Position numbers and translations under genes: made by a program. This document shows, piece by piece, positions 47,221 to 57,898 of a stretch of 64,000 nucleotides of DNA (the stretch's first letter is position 1; each line of letters opens with the position of its first letter). The notes beneath the pieces are model-generated. The model was not told where the DNA came from, did not search any database, and saw only the letters and a program-made list of their open reading frames with translations. The stretch lies in contig JAQXDL010000038.1 in the NCBI GenBank assembly GCA_029251375.1, positions 10,578 to 74,577 on the forward strand. Direction: 5' to 3'. This DNA comes from Pseudomonadales bacterium. GTDB taxonomy: Bacteria; Pseudomonadota; Gammaproteobacteria; Pseudomonadales; Azotimanducaceae.

Positions 47221-48680
47221 TAGAAGCGCTCCAATTCTGGAAATTTCTCATCGCCCCGATGAACATGCATCGCACCAAATTCAGCACAACGACTCAGAGT
47301 TGGCACGGCCTTTCCGGGATTCAATATCCCGGTAGAATCAAACGCGGCTTTAATACCGTGAAAAAGACTCAATTCTTGGGATGTGAACTGGACGCACATC
47401 TGACCGATTTTCTCTATGCCTACTCCATGTTCGCCAGTTATTGTGCCGCCTTTTTCGATGCACAACTCAAGTATCTGCGCGCCGAACGCTTCGGCTTTAT
47501 CGAGTTCACCGGGCTTATTCGCATCAAACAAAATTAGCGGATGCAGGTTGCCGTCACCGGCGTGAAAAACATTTGCGACGCCCAAATCAAACTGCTTAGA
47601 GAGGTCTGAAATTTCTTCCAACACAGACGGTAACGCCTTTCTTGGTACCGTACCATCCATGCAATAGTAATCCGGCGCCAATCGTCCAACCGCCGGAAAT
47701 GCAGTCTTTCTACCCAACCAAAGTTGATGCCGCTCCTGTGGTGTCGCCGCTACCTTAATTTGTGTCGCACCCGCGTCGGTTAGGATCTGTTTCAACAGCT
47801 GTAACTGTTGTTGAACTTCTTCCGCAGAGCCATCGAGTTCACACAACAACAACGCTGCAGCGTCCCTTGGATAGCCAACATTGACGAAGTCCTCTGCAGC
47901 TTGTATCGCCAATTGATCCATCATCTCGAGACCAGCTGGCAACAAACCACCGGATATAATCGCACCGACCGCCTCACTCGCCTCTCTCGTACTATCGAAC
48001 CCCGCCAGCACAACCGAAACTTCTTCAGGCACAGACAGCAAAGCAACGGTCACTTCAACCACGATACCCAACATCCCTTCAGAGCCATGCAGTAATGCCA
48101 GCAGATCAAATCCCGCCGAGTCGTAACCATGTCCACCCAACTCGTACAATTTGCCCTCCGGTGACACGAGGGTCAAATGGCGAACATTGTGAACCGTCAG
48201 GCCATATTTCAAACAGTGCACGCCACCCGAGTTCTCAGCGACATTACCCCCTATAGTGCAAGCGATTTGTGAGGAAGGGTCAGGCGCATAGTAGAGACCT
48301 AACGGACGTACCCTATCGGAAATAGACAGATTTGTGACGCCGGGCTGAACCCTAGCGAGGCGATTGTCTACATCAACTTCCAGAATTTTGTTGAATTTTG
48401 CCAAACTCAGCAGTAAACCCTGCTCATGAGGCATAGCGCCACCTGACAATCCCGTACCCGCGCCTCGCGCAACGACCGGCACTTGAAAAGCGTGGCAAAG
48501 TCGCATGCAGGCCTGAATTTCTTCGATTGTTTCAGGCAACGCCACGTAAGCTGGTAACGCTTTCTTGGCCGTCAATCCGTCGGTTTCGTAAACCTTCATT
48601 CTTGCCTGATCAGCAATCACGTGACGACAGGCCGCTTTAAGCTGTTTTAGAAATGCTTTTTGGGAATCAACATCTATCAA
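47220..48680 (-). CDS. glcD: Glycolate oxidase subunit GlcD (FAD-linked oxidase)
   Basis: VVARGAGTGLSGGA FAD motif and a C-terminal GGTITGEHGVG..K motif. First gene of the glcDEF order. Confidence 0.88.
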   Translation of the reverse strand: MIDVDSQKAFLKQLKAACRHVIADQARMKVYETDGLTAKKALPAYVALPETIEEIQACMRLCHAFQVPVVARGAGTGLSGGAMPHEQGLLLSLAKFNKILEVDVDNRLARVQPGVTNLSISDRVRPLGLYYAPDPSSQIACTIGGNVAENSGGVHCLKYGLTVHNVRHLTLVSPEGKLYELGGHGYDSAGFDLLALLHGSEGMLGIVVEVTVALLSVPEEVSVVLAGFDSTREASEAVGAIISGGLLPAGLEMMDQLAIQAAEDFVNVGYPRDAAALLLCELDGSAEEVQQQLQLLKQILTDAGATQIKVAATPQERHQLWLGRKTAFPAVGRLAPDYYCMDGTVPRKALPSVLEEISDLSKQFDLGVANVFHAGDGNLHPLILFDANKPGELDKAEAFGAQILELCIEKGGTITGEHGVGIEKIGQMCVQFTSQELSLFHGIKAAFDSTGILNPGKAVPTLSRCAEFGAMHVHRGDEKFPELERF

Positions 48681-48995
48681 TGATCGTAACCTTTCAATCG
48701 GCAGCCAATAGCTGCCCTGGCGCGGAATCTAACCGACATTTATTTATAGCGCTTTGGACAAATTCATCCAGAACTAAACCAGACTATGCTGAATTTTACC
48801 AAGCTTAACCAAACCGTACATCCGACCTGACAGAGCACTTAGTGTTTGTACGAGCAAAAACGACAGTGGACCTCGCCCTATCCTGCTCCTCTTCCAGGTG
48901 CGCAGATTGTAACCCGTATTCACTTTGAAGATCATTCATTGTACGGCGACTTTTTCTTGTATACTGCGCCCTCAATATTTACATACGGATTCATC

Positions 48996-50108
48996 ATGAC
49001 CATCAATACCGTTGAAGAAATTCTGGAGGACTTTCGCCAGGGAAAAATGGTGTTAATTATGGACGACGAGGATCGCGAGAACGAAGGCGACCTGATCATC
49101 GCTGGTGACGTCGTGACACCTGAGCACATCACCTTCATGGCGCGAGAAGCCTGCGGTCTTATCTGTCTCACCTTGACTGAAGAGAGAGCTCATCAACTCA
49201 ACCTACCGTTGATGGTGGAACGAAACAATTCTCTCCACGAAACCAATTTCACGGTATCTATCGAAGCAGCAGATGGCATTACCACAGGCATCTCCGCAGC
49301 TGACAGAGCTGTGACAGTGCGCGCTGCTGTAGCAAAAAACGCTAAACCTTCAGATCTCGTTATGCCTGGTCATATTTTCCCGCTGATTGCTAAAAACGGT
49401 GGTGTATTAACCCGCGCGGGTCATACCGAGGCTGGTTGTGATTTGGCGAGACTATCCGGATACGAGCCTTCTGCCGTAATCGTCGAGGTCATGAATGAAG
49501 ACGGTACCATGGCGAAACGGCCTGAACTGGAAGTCTTTGCTGACAAACATGGCATCAAGGTCGGTACGATTGCCGACCTTATTCACTATCGACGACTGAA
49601 TGATCAAACCATTGATCTCGTTGATGAAAAACCGATTGAAACTCAACATGGCACCTTTACACTGCGCACCTACACCGATCGCATTTCAGATTGTGTGCAT
49701 CACGCGATTGTTAAAGGCAATTTATCTGAGAGCGAGGCTTGCGCTGTCAGAGTTCAAACCGTCAACGTACTACGTGATCTCTTTGCAACGGAAAGACCTG
49801 GATTCAAAAAATCATGGTCAATGCAGGAGTCGCTCGCCTATATCGCCACACAGCCTCGGGGCGTTGTCGTTATTGTCGGACAAGAACAAAATCAACAAGC
49901 TTCGTTAGCAGAAATCACACACTTTCCTGGCGTACCGCCTGAAAATGCGAGCGCTTCAGAGACAGGCGCCTATCGGGTAATTGGCACTGGCTCACAGATC
50001 CTTCGAGACCTTGGAGTGAGAAAAATGCGTTTACTTAGCTCCCCTACCCGCTTTAATGCCATTTCTGGCTTTGATCTTGAGGTTGTTGAGTTTTTGGAGA
50101 ACGAATAG
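48996..50108 (+). CDS. ribB: 3,4-dihydroxy-2-butanone-4-phosphate synthase fused to a degenerate GTP-cyclohydrolase-II-like domain (RibBX type)
   Basis: DHBPS motifs [12 protein letters not shown] and TRAGHTEA. The C-terminal domain lacks the Cys triad of RibA: [19 protein letters not shown] stands where RVHSECLTGD...C.C is expected. Confidence 0.85.
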   Translation: MTINTVEEILEDFRQGKMVLIMDDEDRENEGDLIIAGDVVTPEHITFMAREACGLICLTLTEERAHQLNLPLMVERNNSLHETNFTVSIEAADGITTGISAADRAVTVRAAVAKNAKPSDLVMPGHIFPLIAKNGGVLTRAGHTEAGCDLARLSGYEPSAVIVEVMNEDGTMAKRPELEVFADKHGIKVGTIADLIHYRRLNDQTIDLVDEKPIETQHGTFTLRTYTDRISDCVHHAIVKGNLSESEACAVRVQTVNVLRDLFATERPGFKKSWSMQESLAYIATQPRGVVVIVGQEQNQQASLAEITHFPGVPPENASASETGAYRVIGTGSQILRDLGVRKMRLLSSPTRFNAISGFDLEVVEFLENE

Positions 50109-50184
50109 AGCGCTGACACCTCGCAGAACTCTATATGCGTCGCCCGCAACTGGTTGCGTATGGCTTTAGGAGGGACCAATATTT

Positions 50185-51585
50185 ATGAATGATGAGGACT
50201 TACTCGATTACCTAGATCGTCATCATGTCGATGAGGTGAGAACACACGCAACAACCCTCGACGGGCCTGGCGTAGGTCAATATATACATCGCGAAAAGTT
50301 TTTTCACTGCTTACCTGCAGGACATGTCATCAGTGCTAGAGCGCTTGAAATGGACATCTATGGTGCGCCGCATACAGCATTTGGACATAGCGAAAGGCCA
50401 ACGAATTCTGGTGAGGTTTACCTTCGACCTGACCTTGGCACGCTTATCTCTGATGGCACAGATGCAAAGGTGGGACACATCATCTGTGATTTCACCAATG
50501 CGGTCGGCCAACCGTTAAAAATGTGCCCTCGCTCAACTTTAAAGACAATGGTGCAACGTCTCTCAGAACAAAACATATATTCTCTTGCCACATGCCATCT
50601 CGAATTTTTTCTGTTTAGAGAATCCTTTGATCAACTAAAACAAACAGACTATTGCGAACTAACCCCCCTATCCGCTAACCAACCTGGCGGTTTATCACAC
50701 ATCCGCAACGCATTTCTCGTTAAGCCATTTATGGACGAAGTCATCAAACGTATTGAATGGAAAGGCATCGCTTGGGAAGCGTGGAATGACGAAGCCGGTG
50801 CTGGTCAGATTGGTTTGAGTTTGGCGCCAAACGACCCGGTAAAAATGGCAGATACGGTTGTCAGAGTGAAACAGGTCATTTACGAAGTGGCTTGCGACCT
50901 AAACGTTTCCGCAAGTTTCATGCCTCAAGTAACGCAAGCCGGTTCACCACAACCAGCGAGCAGCGGTATGCGTATTCAGCATCACTTAGTCGACGCCAAC
51001 GGCGAGAGTGCCTTCTATGACGAATCAAGTATCGATAAACAATCGCCACTGATGAAACAATGGACGGCCGGCAACGTGGCGTCAATGAAGAGCGCCATTT
51101 CGTATCTGTGCCCTACCATCAACGCTTATCGACGTTTTCAAAACGCTAGCGGTCTCGCAGCAGACACACTAAGTTGGCTAGCCGACAGCAAACGGATAGC
51201 GATTAAAACGAGATCGGATTCGTTAAAAACCTGCAGAATTGAACACCACCTTGTATCGAGTGATGCGAACCCCTATTTAGTCCTAGCAACCATATATGCC
51301 GGAGGTCTTGCTGGCATAGCAGGTAGACTAGAGCTGGCTGAACAACACCAAAATCTTGCGCAAGGGTTGTCTTGCTCGCAGTTAGACTTACCCAATACGA
51401 TGCAACTTGCCACGGACACTTTACGTCAAGATGACATTCTCAATGATGCTTTCGGCAACGAACAAGTCGAGTATTGGGCACAAACCCGAGAACACGAATG
51501 GGACACATATCAGCGCAATGCGACAGAAAATAGCCATGCTCAGACATCCCTATGGGAATTTCAGCGTTACTTTGAAAACGTCTAG
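50185..51585 (+). CDS. Glutamine-synthetase-fold protein with several substituted catalytic-motif residues
   Basis: GS-like LEFFLF, FMPQ, SSGMRIQHH, and RIEHHLVSSDANPYLVLA. However NDEAGAGQIGL replaces HHE...GQ.E, and HH replaces the R of E.R.P. Confidence 0.7.
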   Translation: MNDEDLLDYLDRHHVDEVRTHATTLDGPGVGQYIHREKFFHCLPAGHVISARALEMDIYGAPHTAFGHSERPTNSGEVYLRPDLGTLISDGTDAKVGHIICDFTNAVGQPLKMCPRSTLKTMVQRLSEQNIYSLATCHLEFFLFRESFDQLKQTDYCELTPLSANQPGGLSHIRNAFLVKPFMDEVIKRIEWKGIAWEAWNDEAGAGQIGLSLAPNDPVKMADTVVRVKQVIYEVACDLNVSASFMPQVTQAGSPQPASSGMRIQHHLVDANGESAFYDESSIDKQSPLMKQWTAGNVASMKSAISYLCPTINAYRRFQNASGLAADTLSWLADSKRIAIKTRSDSLKTCRIEHHLVSSDANPYLVLATIYAGGLAGIAGRLELAEQHQNLAQGLSCSQLDLPNTMQLATDTLRQDDILNDAFGNEQVEYWAQTREHEWDTYQRNATENSHAQTSLWEFQRYFENV

Positions 51586-51618
51586 CTCGAAAGCCGCCTT
51601 AGCGGATCGTAACCGGTA

Positions 51619-53271
51619 TTAAGATTTGGGTTTGGGTTTGGGTTTGGATTCGGGTTTGGGTTTGGTTTTAGCCTCTACGACGCGGGCGTAGGTATAATCG
51701 GGATCTGCACCTAGGACCCTACGCACAACCCCTTTTAACTGCGCATGCTGCAAATAAGCTGAACCGGTCTCAGCCATCGGGATGAGCGGAACGTCAGCCA
51801 TAATAATCGATTGCAGTTCAGCCGCAGCGTTCATTCTGTCACCCCGGTCTAATGAGCTTTGTAACGTTTTGAGGACCGCATCGTACTGGTCGTTCTTGTA
51901 ACGCCCCCCGTTGTTTCCGTTGTATGAGGCGAGCAAATCTGCATAGGTCACAATATCATCGAAATCCGGATACCAACTAGAGACGACCATATCAAAATCG
52001 CCCGTATCTCGGCGCGATAGATATTGCTTAAATGTTTGTTGATCAACCTTAACATCGAGCCCTAGTTCGCTTTTCAGAACACCTTGCAAGTACTCAGCGA
52101 TCTTTGTACCGGTCGGCGATGTCGTTGTTAACAATGTGAGAGAGGCCGATCCAGCATCCACGGACGCCAATAATTTACGCGCCTTTGCATTACTAACCGG
52201 TTGCTTAGAAATTGGATATTCATCGACAAACTTTCCATCAACACCTTGGATCCAGCTCGGAAAAAAAGTTTGCGTTGAACGATAGCCCGGTATGGCAATA
52301 ATTTTATTCACAAACTCTTCCGAATCAAACGTTGATGCAATGGCTTGCCGCGCCTGTACTTTTGCTGTGAGTCGTCCTGGTCGATGGTTAAAACCAAGAT
52401 ACGCCATTCCCCCACTGACGAAGGTGCGCAGTCTCAAACCACTTTGCGCAGCATCTTTAACGGTTTCTGCACCGAGTCTCGCTACCGCGATTTGTTCATC
52501 ACGAAACAGATTCAGTCGCGTGCGATTATCGGCGGTGATGTAACCCACGTTGATTTCGTTCAAATGAATGTCGTCACGTTGCCAATAAGATGGATTCTTC
52601 TTCATCGACAACCGACTGCCATGAGTCCAGTTGCTCAACACAAACGGACCGTTGTAGAGCAAGTGTTCAGGTTCAGCGCCGTATTTATCTGCTTGAGCTT
52701 CATAGAATGATTGTTTGATCGGAAAAAAGGCGACATGGGCCATCACCGCGAGGCAATATCCACAAGGCGTCTGAAGATCAACAATGAGCTGGTTACCCTC
52801 GGCCCTAACACCAAGCGCTTTGACCGGTAATTCACCTTTTTGGACCTTCTCTGCATTTAAGATTGGGTACATTATTGACGCATAAGGTGCGGCAACACTT
52901 GGATCATTCATGCGTTGCCAACCGAAAACGAAATCCTCCGCAAGTACCGGACTACCGTCATTCCAACGCGCATCCGCGCGGATAGTAAACGTCATAGAGT
53001 TTGGACTTATGTCCCAAGACTCAGCCACACCAGGTACCAGCCTACCTCGACGGTCGTAGCGGACCAAACCTTCGTTAACATGGCCAAGCACAAAAAAGCT
53101 GACGAGATCCGTCGTTCGCAAACTATTTAAGTTGGGTGGTTCTTGCGTTAATGCAATCGTGATTGATTGGGCCTCAACATCGACTGCAAAACTTTCCGCT
53201 GCGGTACCCTTCGCTACTTGCATGAGTAGCAATACAACCAGCCCCACAACAATTTGTTTCATAACAGTCAT
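51619..53271 (-). CDS. ABC-transporter substrate-binding protein, family 5 (peptide/nickel/opine type), with Lys-Pro C-terminal tail
   Basis: Signal peptide. Family-5 SBP layout (W.DG.P....DFVF...R, NP.YW). The tail is KTKPKPESKPKPKPKS. There are no permease or ATPase genes on either side. Confidence 0.85.
   Translation of the reverse strand: MTVMKQIVVGLVVLLLMQVAKGTAAESFAVDVEAQSITIALTQEPPNLNSLRTTDLVSFFVLGHVNEGLVRYDRRGRLVPGVAESWDISPNSMTFTIRADARWNDGSPVLAEDFVFGWQRMNDPSVAAPYASIMYPILNAEKVQKGELPVKALGVRAEGNQLIVDLQTPCGYCLAVMAHVAFFPIKQSFYEAQADKYGAEPEHLLYNGPFVLSNWTHGSRLSMKKNPSYWQRDDIHLNEINVGYITADNRTRLNLFRDEQIAVARLGAETVKDAAQSGLRLRTFVSGGMAYLGFNHRPGRLTAKVQARQAIASTFDSEEFVNKIIAIPGYRSTQTFFPSWIQGVDGKFVDEYPISKQPVSNAKARKLLASVDAGSASLTLLTTTSPTGTKIAEYLQGVLKSELGLDVKVDQQTFKQYLSRRDTGDFDMVVSSWYPDFDDIVTYADLLASYNGNNGGRYKNDQYDAVLKTLQSSLDRGDRMNAAAELQSIIMADVPLIPMAETGSAYLQHAQLKGVVRRVLGADPDYTYARVVEAKTKPKPESKPKPKPKS
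51625..51666. repeat. Hexanucleotide microsatellite (TTTGGG)n, about 7 units with 2 variants; encodes the (Lys-Pro)n tail on the minus strand
   Basis: Read directly: tttggg tttggg tttggg tttgga ttcggg tttggg tttgg. Confidence 0.9.
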
Positions 53272-53395
53272 CCCAACAATATTTAAAAATCAAATTGTGC
53301 CATGATTACCCTGGACCGGCTAACACTACCCGCTTTCAGATACGCCTTGGGCTAGCTCGATAGTCGTCAGGCTCAAACTGAAAACTCGACATGCT

Positions 53396-56300
53396 ATGAC
53401 CAAAACCGGCACAAACGCGATCGCTAGATTCGAACCACTGATTCAACAGTGGTTCTTGCGCAAATATTCGCAGCCTACACATATTCAGGAAATTGCCTGG
53501 CCTGAAATCGCCTGCGGAGAACACTTACTCATTACCGCGCCGACGGGCAGTGGTAAAACGCTAACTGCGTTCATGTGGGCCATTAATCAGTTTTTGACAG
53601 GGCAATATTCAGCCGGCGCACGGGTACTCTACATTAGCCCTCTGAAAGCCTTAAATAATGATATTGAACGGAACCTTCTTACGCCTCTAGCAGAACTCAA
53701 AGCACTAGCAGCAGAAAAGGGTCTCGACTTTCCCCGCATTCGTGTTCAGACAAGAAGTGGTGACACGCCAGCCTCGCAACGACGCAAAATGATGAACCAC
53801 CCACCTGAAATTCTCATCACAACACCAGAGAGTCTCAACTTAATGCTGTCCTCAAAGGGCGGCCAAGCCGGACTCGGCGGGTTTAAGACAGTGATACTTG
53901 ATGAGATTCATGGTGTTATTAACAGCAAACGTGGCGTCTACCTTTGCACAGCTGTAGAACGCTTGGTGCCTCTATGTGGCGAGTTCCAACGAATCGCCCT
54001 GTCCGCGACGGTCAGGCCAATGAACCAAGTGGCGCAATACATCGCGGGCTACGAGAGAATAGCTACCGACGATTACCAAGCTCGAAAGATTCAGTGCCTC
54101 ACGTCAAATGATCTGAAGGATTACTCAGTCTCGGTACGCTTTCCAGAAGAAACCGCTAATCGTCCGCAGGATGAAGCTGTTTGGGATAGTTTGGCGGTCG
54201 ATTTCGTACAAAAAATTCGTGACAACAAAGCCACCCTTCTCTTCGTTAACAGCCGCGCTTTGTGTGAAAAACTTACCTATAAAATCAATGAAGCTGCCGA
54301 AGAAACGCTGGCATATGCACATCATGGCTCCCTCTCTAAAGACATTAGAACAGAGGTCGAATACAAGCTAAAACACGGTGAACTTGCCGCGATCGTTGCA
54401 ACCAGTACGCTTGAAATGGGTATCGATATTGGCCATCTTGATGAAGTCATTCTGGTTCAATCACCTGACGGTATCTCATCAGCAATACAACGCATAGGTC
54501 GCGCTGGACATAGTGTTGGTGAAACAAGTCGATGCACAATTTATCCGACTCATCCGACAGATTTTATTGAAGCTGCCGTGCTTAGTAAGGCAGTCATTGA
54601 GAGAGATATCGAACGGATAAAACTCATTCAATGCCCGCTGGATGTGCTTGCTCAGATCATCATATCGATGACCGGCTTTACCGAATGGGGCTTAGACGAA
54701 CTCTATTCTGAGATTCGTCGAAGTTGTGCATACCACTCACTGAGTCGGCAACAGTTTGATCTTGTTATTAATATGTTGCGTGGTCGATATGCTGACAATC
54801 ACATAAGAGAACTTAGACCCAAAGTGCGAGTTGATAATGAGCAAAACACTATCATCGCAACACCCGGGGCATTGATGTCTCTATACCTGTCCGGCGGTGT
54901 CATTCCAGATCGCGGCTATTTTCAGCTTCGACACCTTGAAAGCAACGCTCGCATTGGCGAGCTTGATGAGGAGTTTGTGTGGGAGGCAAATGTCGGTAAG
55001 GTCTTCTCTTTAGGCACACAACACTGGCAGATTCAAAAAATAACCCACACCGATGTCTTGGTCATACCGGCGAAACCGAATGCCCTTGTGCCACCTTTTT
55101 GGAAATCGGAAGGGTTAAACCGAGACTTCCACTATGCCGAACGGGTTGGCAACTTTCTTGAGTACGCTGACGCCCACTTAAGTGACAAAGGGTTTAGTGC
55201 TTTTTTGCAATCCGATTACTTTCTGCAGCCCAACTTGGCTAAAGAGTTAGTAGATCTGTTGGCAAAACAAAAAAAACATACCCATGCGCGCTTGCCGCAT
55301 CGACATCACCTTTTGATCGAAACCACCTCCACTGGCCCAGGCAATGCTACTGGCTCGCAGGTTATCTTACACACCGGCTGGGGATCACGTGTTAATCGAC
55401 CTCTCGCCATGGCATTAGAAGCCGGTTGGCAACGTAAGTGGCAGGAACAGCCTGAAGTCTGGGTCAGTAACGAATGTCTCGTCATACAATTGCCACACCA
55501 TATGAGTGCGCGGGAAATTTTCGATCTTGTTCCAGTCAAAGATATCGAAAAACTACTTAGAGAGCGGCTTGAAGGATCTGGTTTCTTTGGTGCACGTTTT
55601 CGTGAAAACGCCGGTCGCGCACTACTGCTGTCAAAGGGCAAGTTCAACGAACGAAAACCGCTGTGGATGAGTCGATTACAATCGCAGAAGCTTATGGACG
55701 GCGTACTAAAATTCGAAGACTTTCCTATTTTGTTAGAGACATGGCGAACCTGCCTGCATGATGAATTCGATCTAGACAATCTTCGACTGGTACTGGCGCA
55801 GATAGACGCTGGCGCAATTGCTATATCGGAAATTGTCACGCGCACGCCAAGCCCCTTCGCCCAATCAGTTGCTTGGGGACAAATCAATAACTATATGTAT
55901 GCAGACGATCAGCCTAAAGCAAACAAGACCTCAAACCTTAAGGCATCCCTGTTACAGCAAGTCGTCTTTCAACCAGGGCTTCGACCCCGCCTACCTGCGG
56001 AACTTGTGTCGCAATTTCAACTTAAACGACAGAGGCTTATTGATAATTATTGTCCTGACTCAAGTGAAGAATTAGTTGAATGGTTACGTGAACGAACCGC
56101 GATACCTCAAATAGAGTGGCAGCAACTCTTACAAAAAAGCCAGGTTGAGCCAACCGAAGTAGCGGCCCACATCACCGTGGCCGAGGTAAACAAAAAAACA
56201 CTCATCACGGCGAGAGACGAGCACCACAATATCCATGAGCAATTCATCGACATAGAATCGCCACATCTGTCGAATTGGCTACAATACTATTGCGCGCTCA

Positions 56301-57898
56301 CGCTCGACGAAATCGCATCACTCACAGGTATCGAATCAAACCTATTATTACCCGTCCTTAATGAACTGTTAGAAAACCAAGTGATTATCAAGGGGCAACT
56401 ACTTCGAGAGGATGAAAAAGAATATTGGTGTGACGCTGAGAACTATGAATCGATGTTACGCATCCTACGGCACACCTCACGGGTTGAAATCCGCCCGATA
56501 CCTATTTCTGGACTGACGCCTTTCATCTTTGCGTGGCAGAAAACACAGCCTGGACATCAACTGGACGACATCACTAATGCACTGGATTGTCTGCGCGGCT
56601 TACCCGCTAAAGCCAGCCTTTGGGAAACTGAGCTGCTGCCGGCAAGAGTGAGTCGCTACACAACACAGCTACTCGATCTGGTATTCCAAGAAGACAACAT
56701 GCTTTGGCTGGGTACCGGTCAACAGCAAGCGCTGTTCACCTTCAAGGAAGACCTTGATCTCGTTGCCCACTCCAACGAGCCGTCCACTGAACTGTTAACT
56801 AAACAGCAGTCTAAACAGACTATTTCGGGCGGATCAAAAATTCAATCAGGGCTAGCAGCTGAGCTTTTCAATGACCCGAAAGGACGTTATGACTTCGGTT
56901 CACTGCTTGATCAAAGTACATTAGCTGCGGCCGAGCTAGCGGATATTATTTGGCAGCAAGTGTGGCAAGGAAAACTTTCAAATGACTCATTAAAGTCACT
57001 GCGACGAGGGATTGAGACAAAATTCAAAATCCCAGACATGAGCCAAACTGAAAGCCAAGGCAGAATGCGCCGGAGTCGACGTGGTGGATTTAATCAGTGG
57101 CGTTCGGCTGCGCCCTTCTCCGGCAACTGGTTTCAAATTAGCTATCCGCAAGAACCATTAGATTTAATTCAGAGGGAAGAATTGAACAAAGACAGAGTTC
57201 GGATCTTGATGGATCGTTACGGCATTGTTTTTAGAGAGCAGTTAAAACAAGAACTACCGGCGTTCCAATGGCGCGCTGTATTTAAATCTTTACGTCTGAT
57301 GGAGCTTTCCGGCGAAATCATCGGTGGCTATTTTTTCTCTGGCATTGATGGACTGCAGTTCATGACGGCCGCGTCACTTCGTCTTTTACAACAAATTCAA
57401 TCCAGCAGCCTGCCTACTCAAACAACAACACCTTTAAAAGCACATTCAACACAGCAGCAGGCAGCGGCCGACACACCTAACCCGATACCAAATGTGTTTT
57501 GGATAAATGCCTGCGATCCTGCGTCATCCTGCGGTCTGGGTTTAGCCTCTTTAAGAGGTAAATTGCCCCGCCGGATCGAGTCTAATCATCTGGTCTATGA
57601 CGATCAGAAACTCGTGCTGATATCTGAAAGATACGGCAAAGCTTTAACCATAAACGTCGCTGAAAACGACTCTAACCTTCGATACTACTACCAAGTTCTG
57701 CGGCATTTACTGTATCGCTCTTTTGCACCATTATCGAAAATTTCGATTCAGACTATCAACGGCGTCTCAGCAAAACAAAGTCCTTATCTTGCTTCGTTGA
57801 CAGACAGCTTCGAAGTGGTGTTTGATCACCGAACCCTATATTTACAACGGTCACTAGACGAAGACTCCTATGCCAGCGATTTTACTCAGCCATCCTGA
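53396..57898 (+). CDS. lhr: Large ATP-dependent DEAD/DEAH-box helicase Lhr (long form, ~1500 aa)
   Basis: IQEIAWPEI..GEHLLITAPTGSGKTL, DEIH, SATV, the HHGSLS motif, and GRAGH. The long C-terminal extension is comparable in size to E. coli Lhr. Confidence 0.9.
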   Translation: MTKTGTNAIARFEPLIQQWFLRKYSQPTHIQEIAWPEIACGEHLLITAPTGSGKTLTAFMWAINQFLTGQYSAGARVLYISPLKALNNDIERNLLTPLAELKALAAEKGLDFPRIRVQTRSGDTPASQRRKMMNHPPEILITTPESLNLMLSSKGGQAGLGGFKTVILDEIHGVINSKRGVYLCTAVERLVPLCGEFQRIALSATVRPMNQVAQYIAGYERIATDDYQARKIQCLTSNDLKDYSVSVRFPEETANRPQDEAVWDSLAVDFVQKIRDNKATLLFVNSRALCEKLTYKINEAAEETLAYAHHGSLSKDIRTEVEYKLKHGELAAIVATSTLEMGIDIGHLDEVILVQSPDGISSAIQRIGRAGHSVGETSRCTIYPTHPTDFIEAAVLSKAVIERDIERIKLIQCPLDVLAQIIISMTGFTEWGLDELYSEIRRSCAYHSLSRQQFDLVINMLRGRYADNHIRELRPKVRVDNEQNTIIATPGALMSLYLSGGVIPDRGYFQLRHLESNARIGELDEEFVWEANVGKVFSLGTQHWQIQKITHTDVLVIPAKPNALVPPFWKSEGLNRDFHYAERVGNFLEYADAHLSDKGFSAFLQSDYFLQPNLAKELVDLLAKQKKHTHARLPHRHHLLIETTSTGPGNATGSQVILHTGWGSRVNRPLAMALEAGWQRKWQEQPEVWVSNECLVIQLPHHMSAREIFDLVPVKDIEKLLRERLEGSGFFGARFRENAGRALLLSKGKFNERKPLWMSRLQSQKLMDGVLKFEDFPILLETWRTCLHDEFDLDNLRLVLAQIDAGAIAISEIVTRTPSPFAQSVAWGQINNYMYADDQPKANKTSNLKASLLQQVVFQPGLRPRLPAELVSQFQLKRQRLIDNYCPDSSEELVEWLRERTAIPQIEWQQLLQKSQVEPTEVAAHITVAEVNKKTLITARDEHHNIHEQFIDIESPHLSNWLQYYCALTLDEIASLTGIESNLLLPVLNELLENQVIIKGQLLREDEKEYWCDAENYESMLRILRHTSRVEIRPIPISGLTPFIFAWQKTQPGHQLDDITNALDCLRGLPAKASLWETELLPARVSRYTTQLLDLVFQEDNMLWLGTGQQQALFTFKEDLDLVAHSNEPSTELLTKQQSKQTISGGSKIQSGLAAELFNDPKGRYDFGSLLDQSTLAAAELADIIWQQVWQGKLSNDSLKSLRRGIETKFKIPDMSQTESQGRMRRSRRGGFNQWRSAAPFSGNWFQISYPQEPLDLIQREELNKDRVRILMDRYGIVFREQLKQELPAFQWRAVFKSLRLMELSGEIIGGYFFSGIDGLQFMTAASLRLLQQIQSSSLPTQTTTPLKAHSTQQQAAADTPNPIPNVFWINACDPASSCGLGLASLRGKLPRRIESNHLVYDDQKLVLISERYGKALTINVAENDSNLRYYYQVLRHLLYRSFAPLSKISIQTINGVSAKQSPYLASLTDSFEVVFDHRTLYLQRSLDEDSYASDFTQPS

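Noticed and set aside
48681-48995. An FMN (RFN) riboswitch expected upstream of a ribB-type gene.
   Set aside because: I could not find the conserved RFN core segments by eye. A covariance-model scan would be decisive, but nothing supports calling it.
51625-51666. The (TTTGGG)n array considered as a telomere-like, CRISPR or non-coding repeat.
   Set aside because: It lies inside the 3' end of the substrate-binding-protein ORF and reads in frame as Lys-Pro repeats. It has no spacers and is only about 42 bp long.
55306-55887. A 193-codon minus-strand ORF inside lhr.
   Set aside because: It lies antisense within a conserved helicase gene, has no recognisable motifs and is Ser/Arg-rich. It is a shadow ORF.
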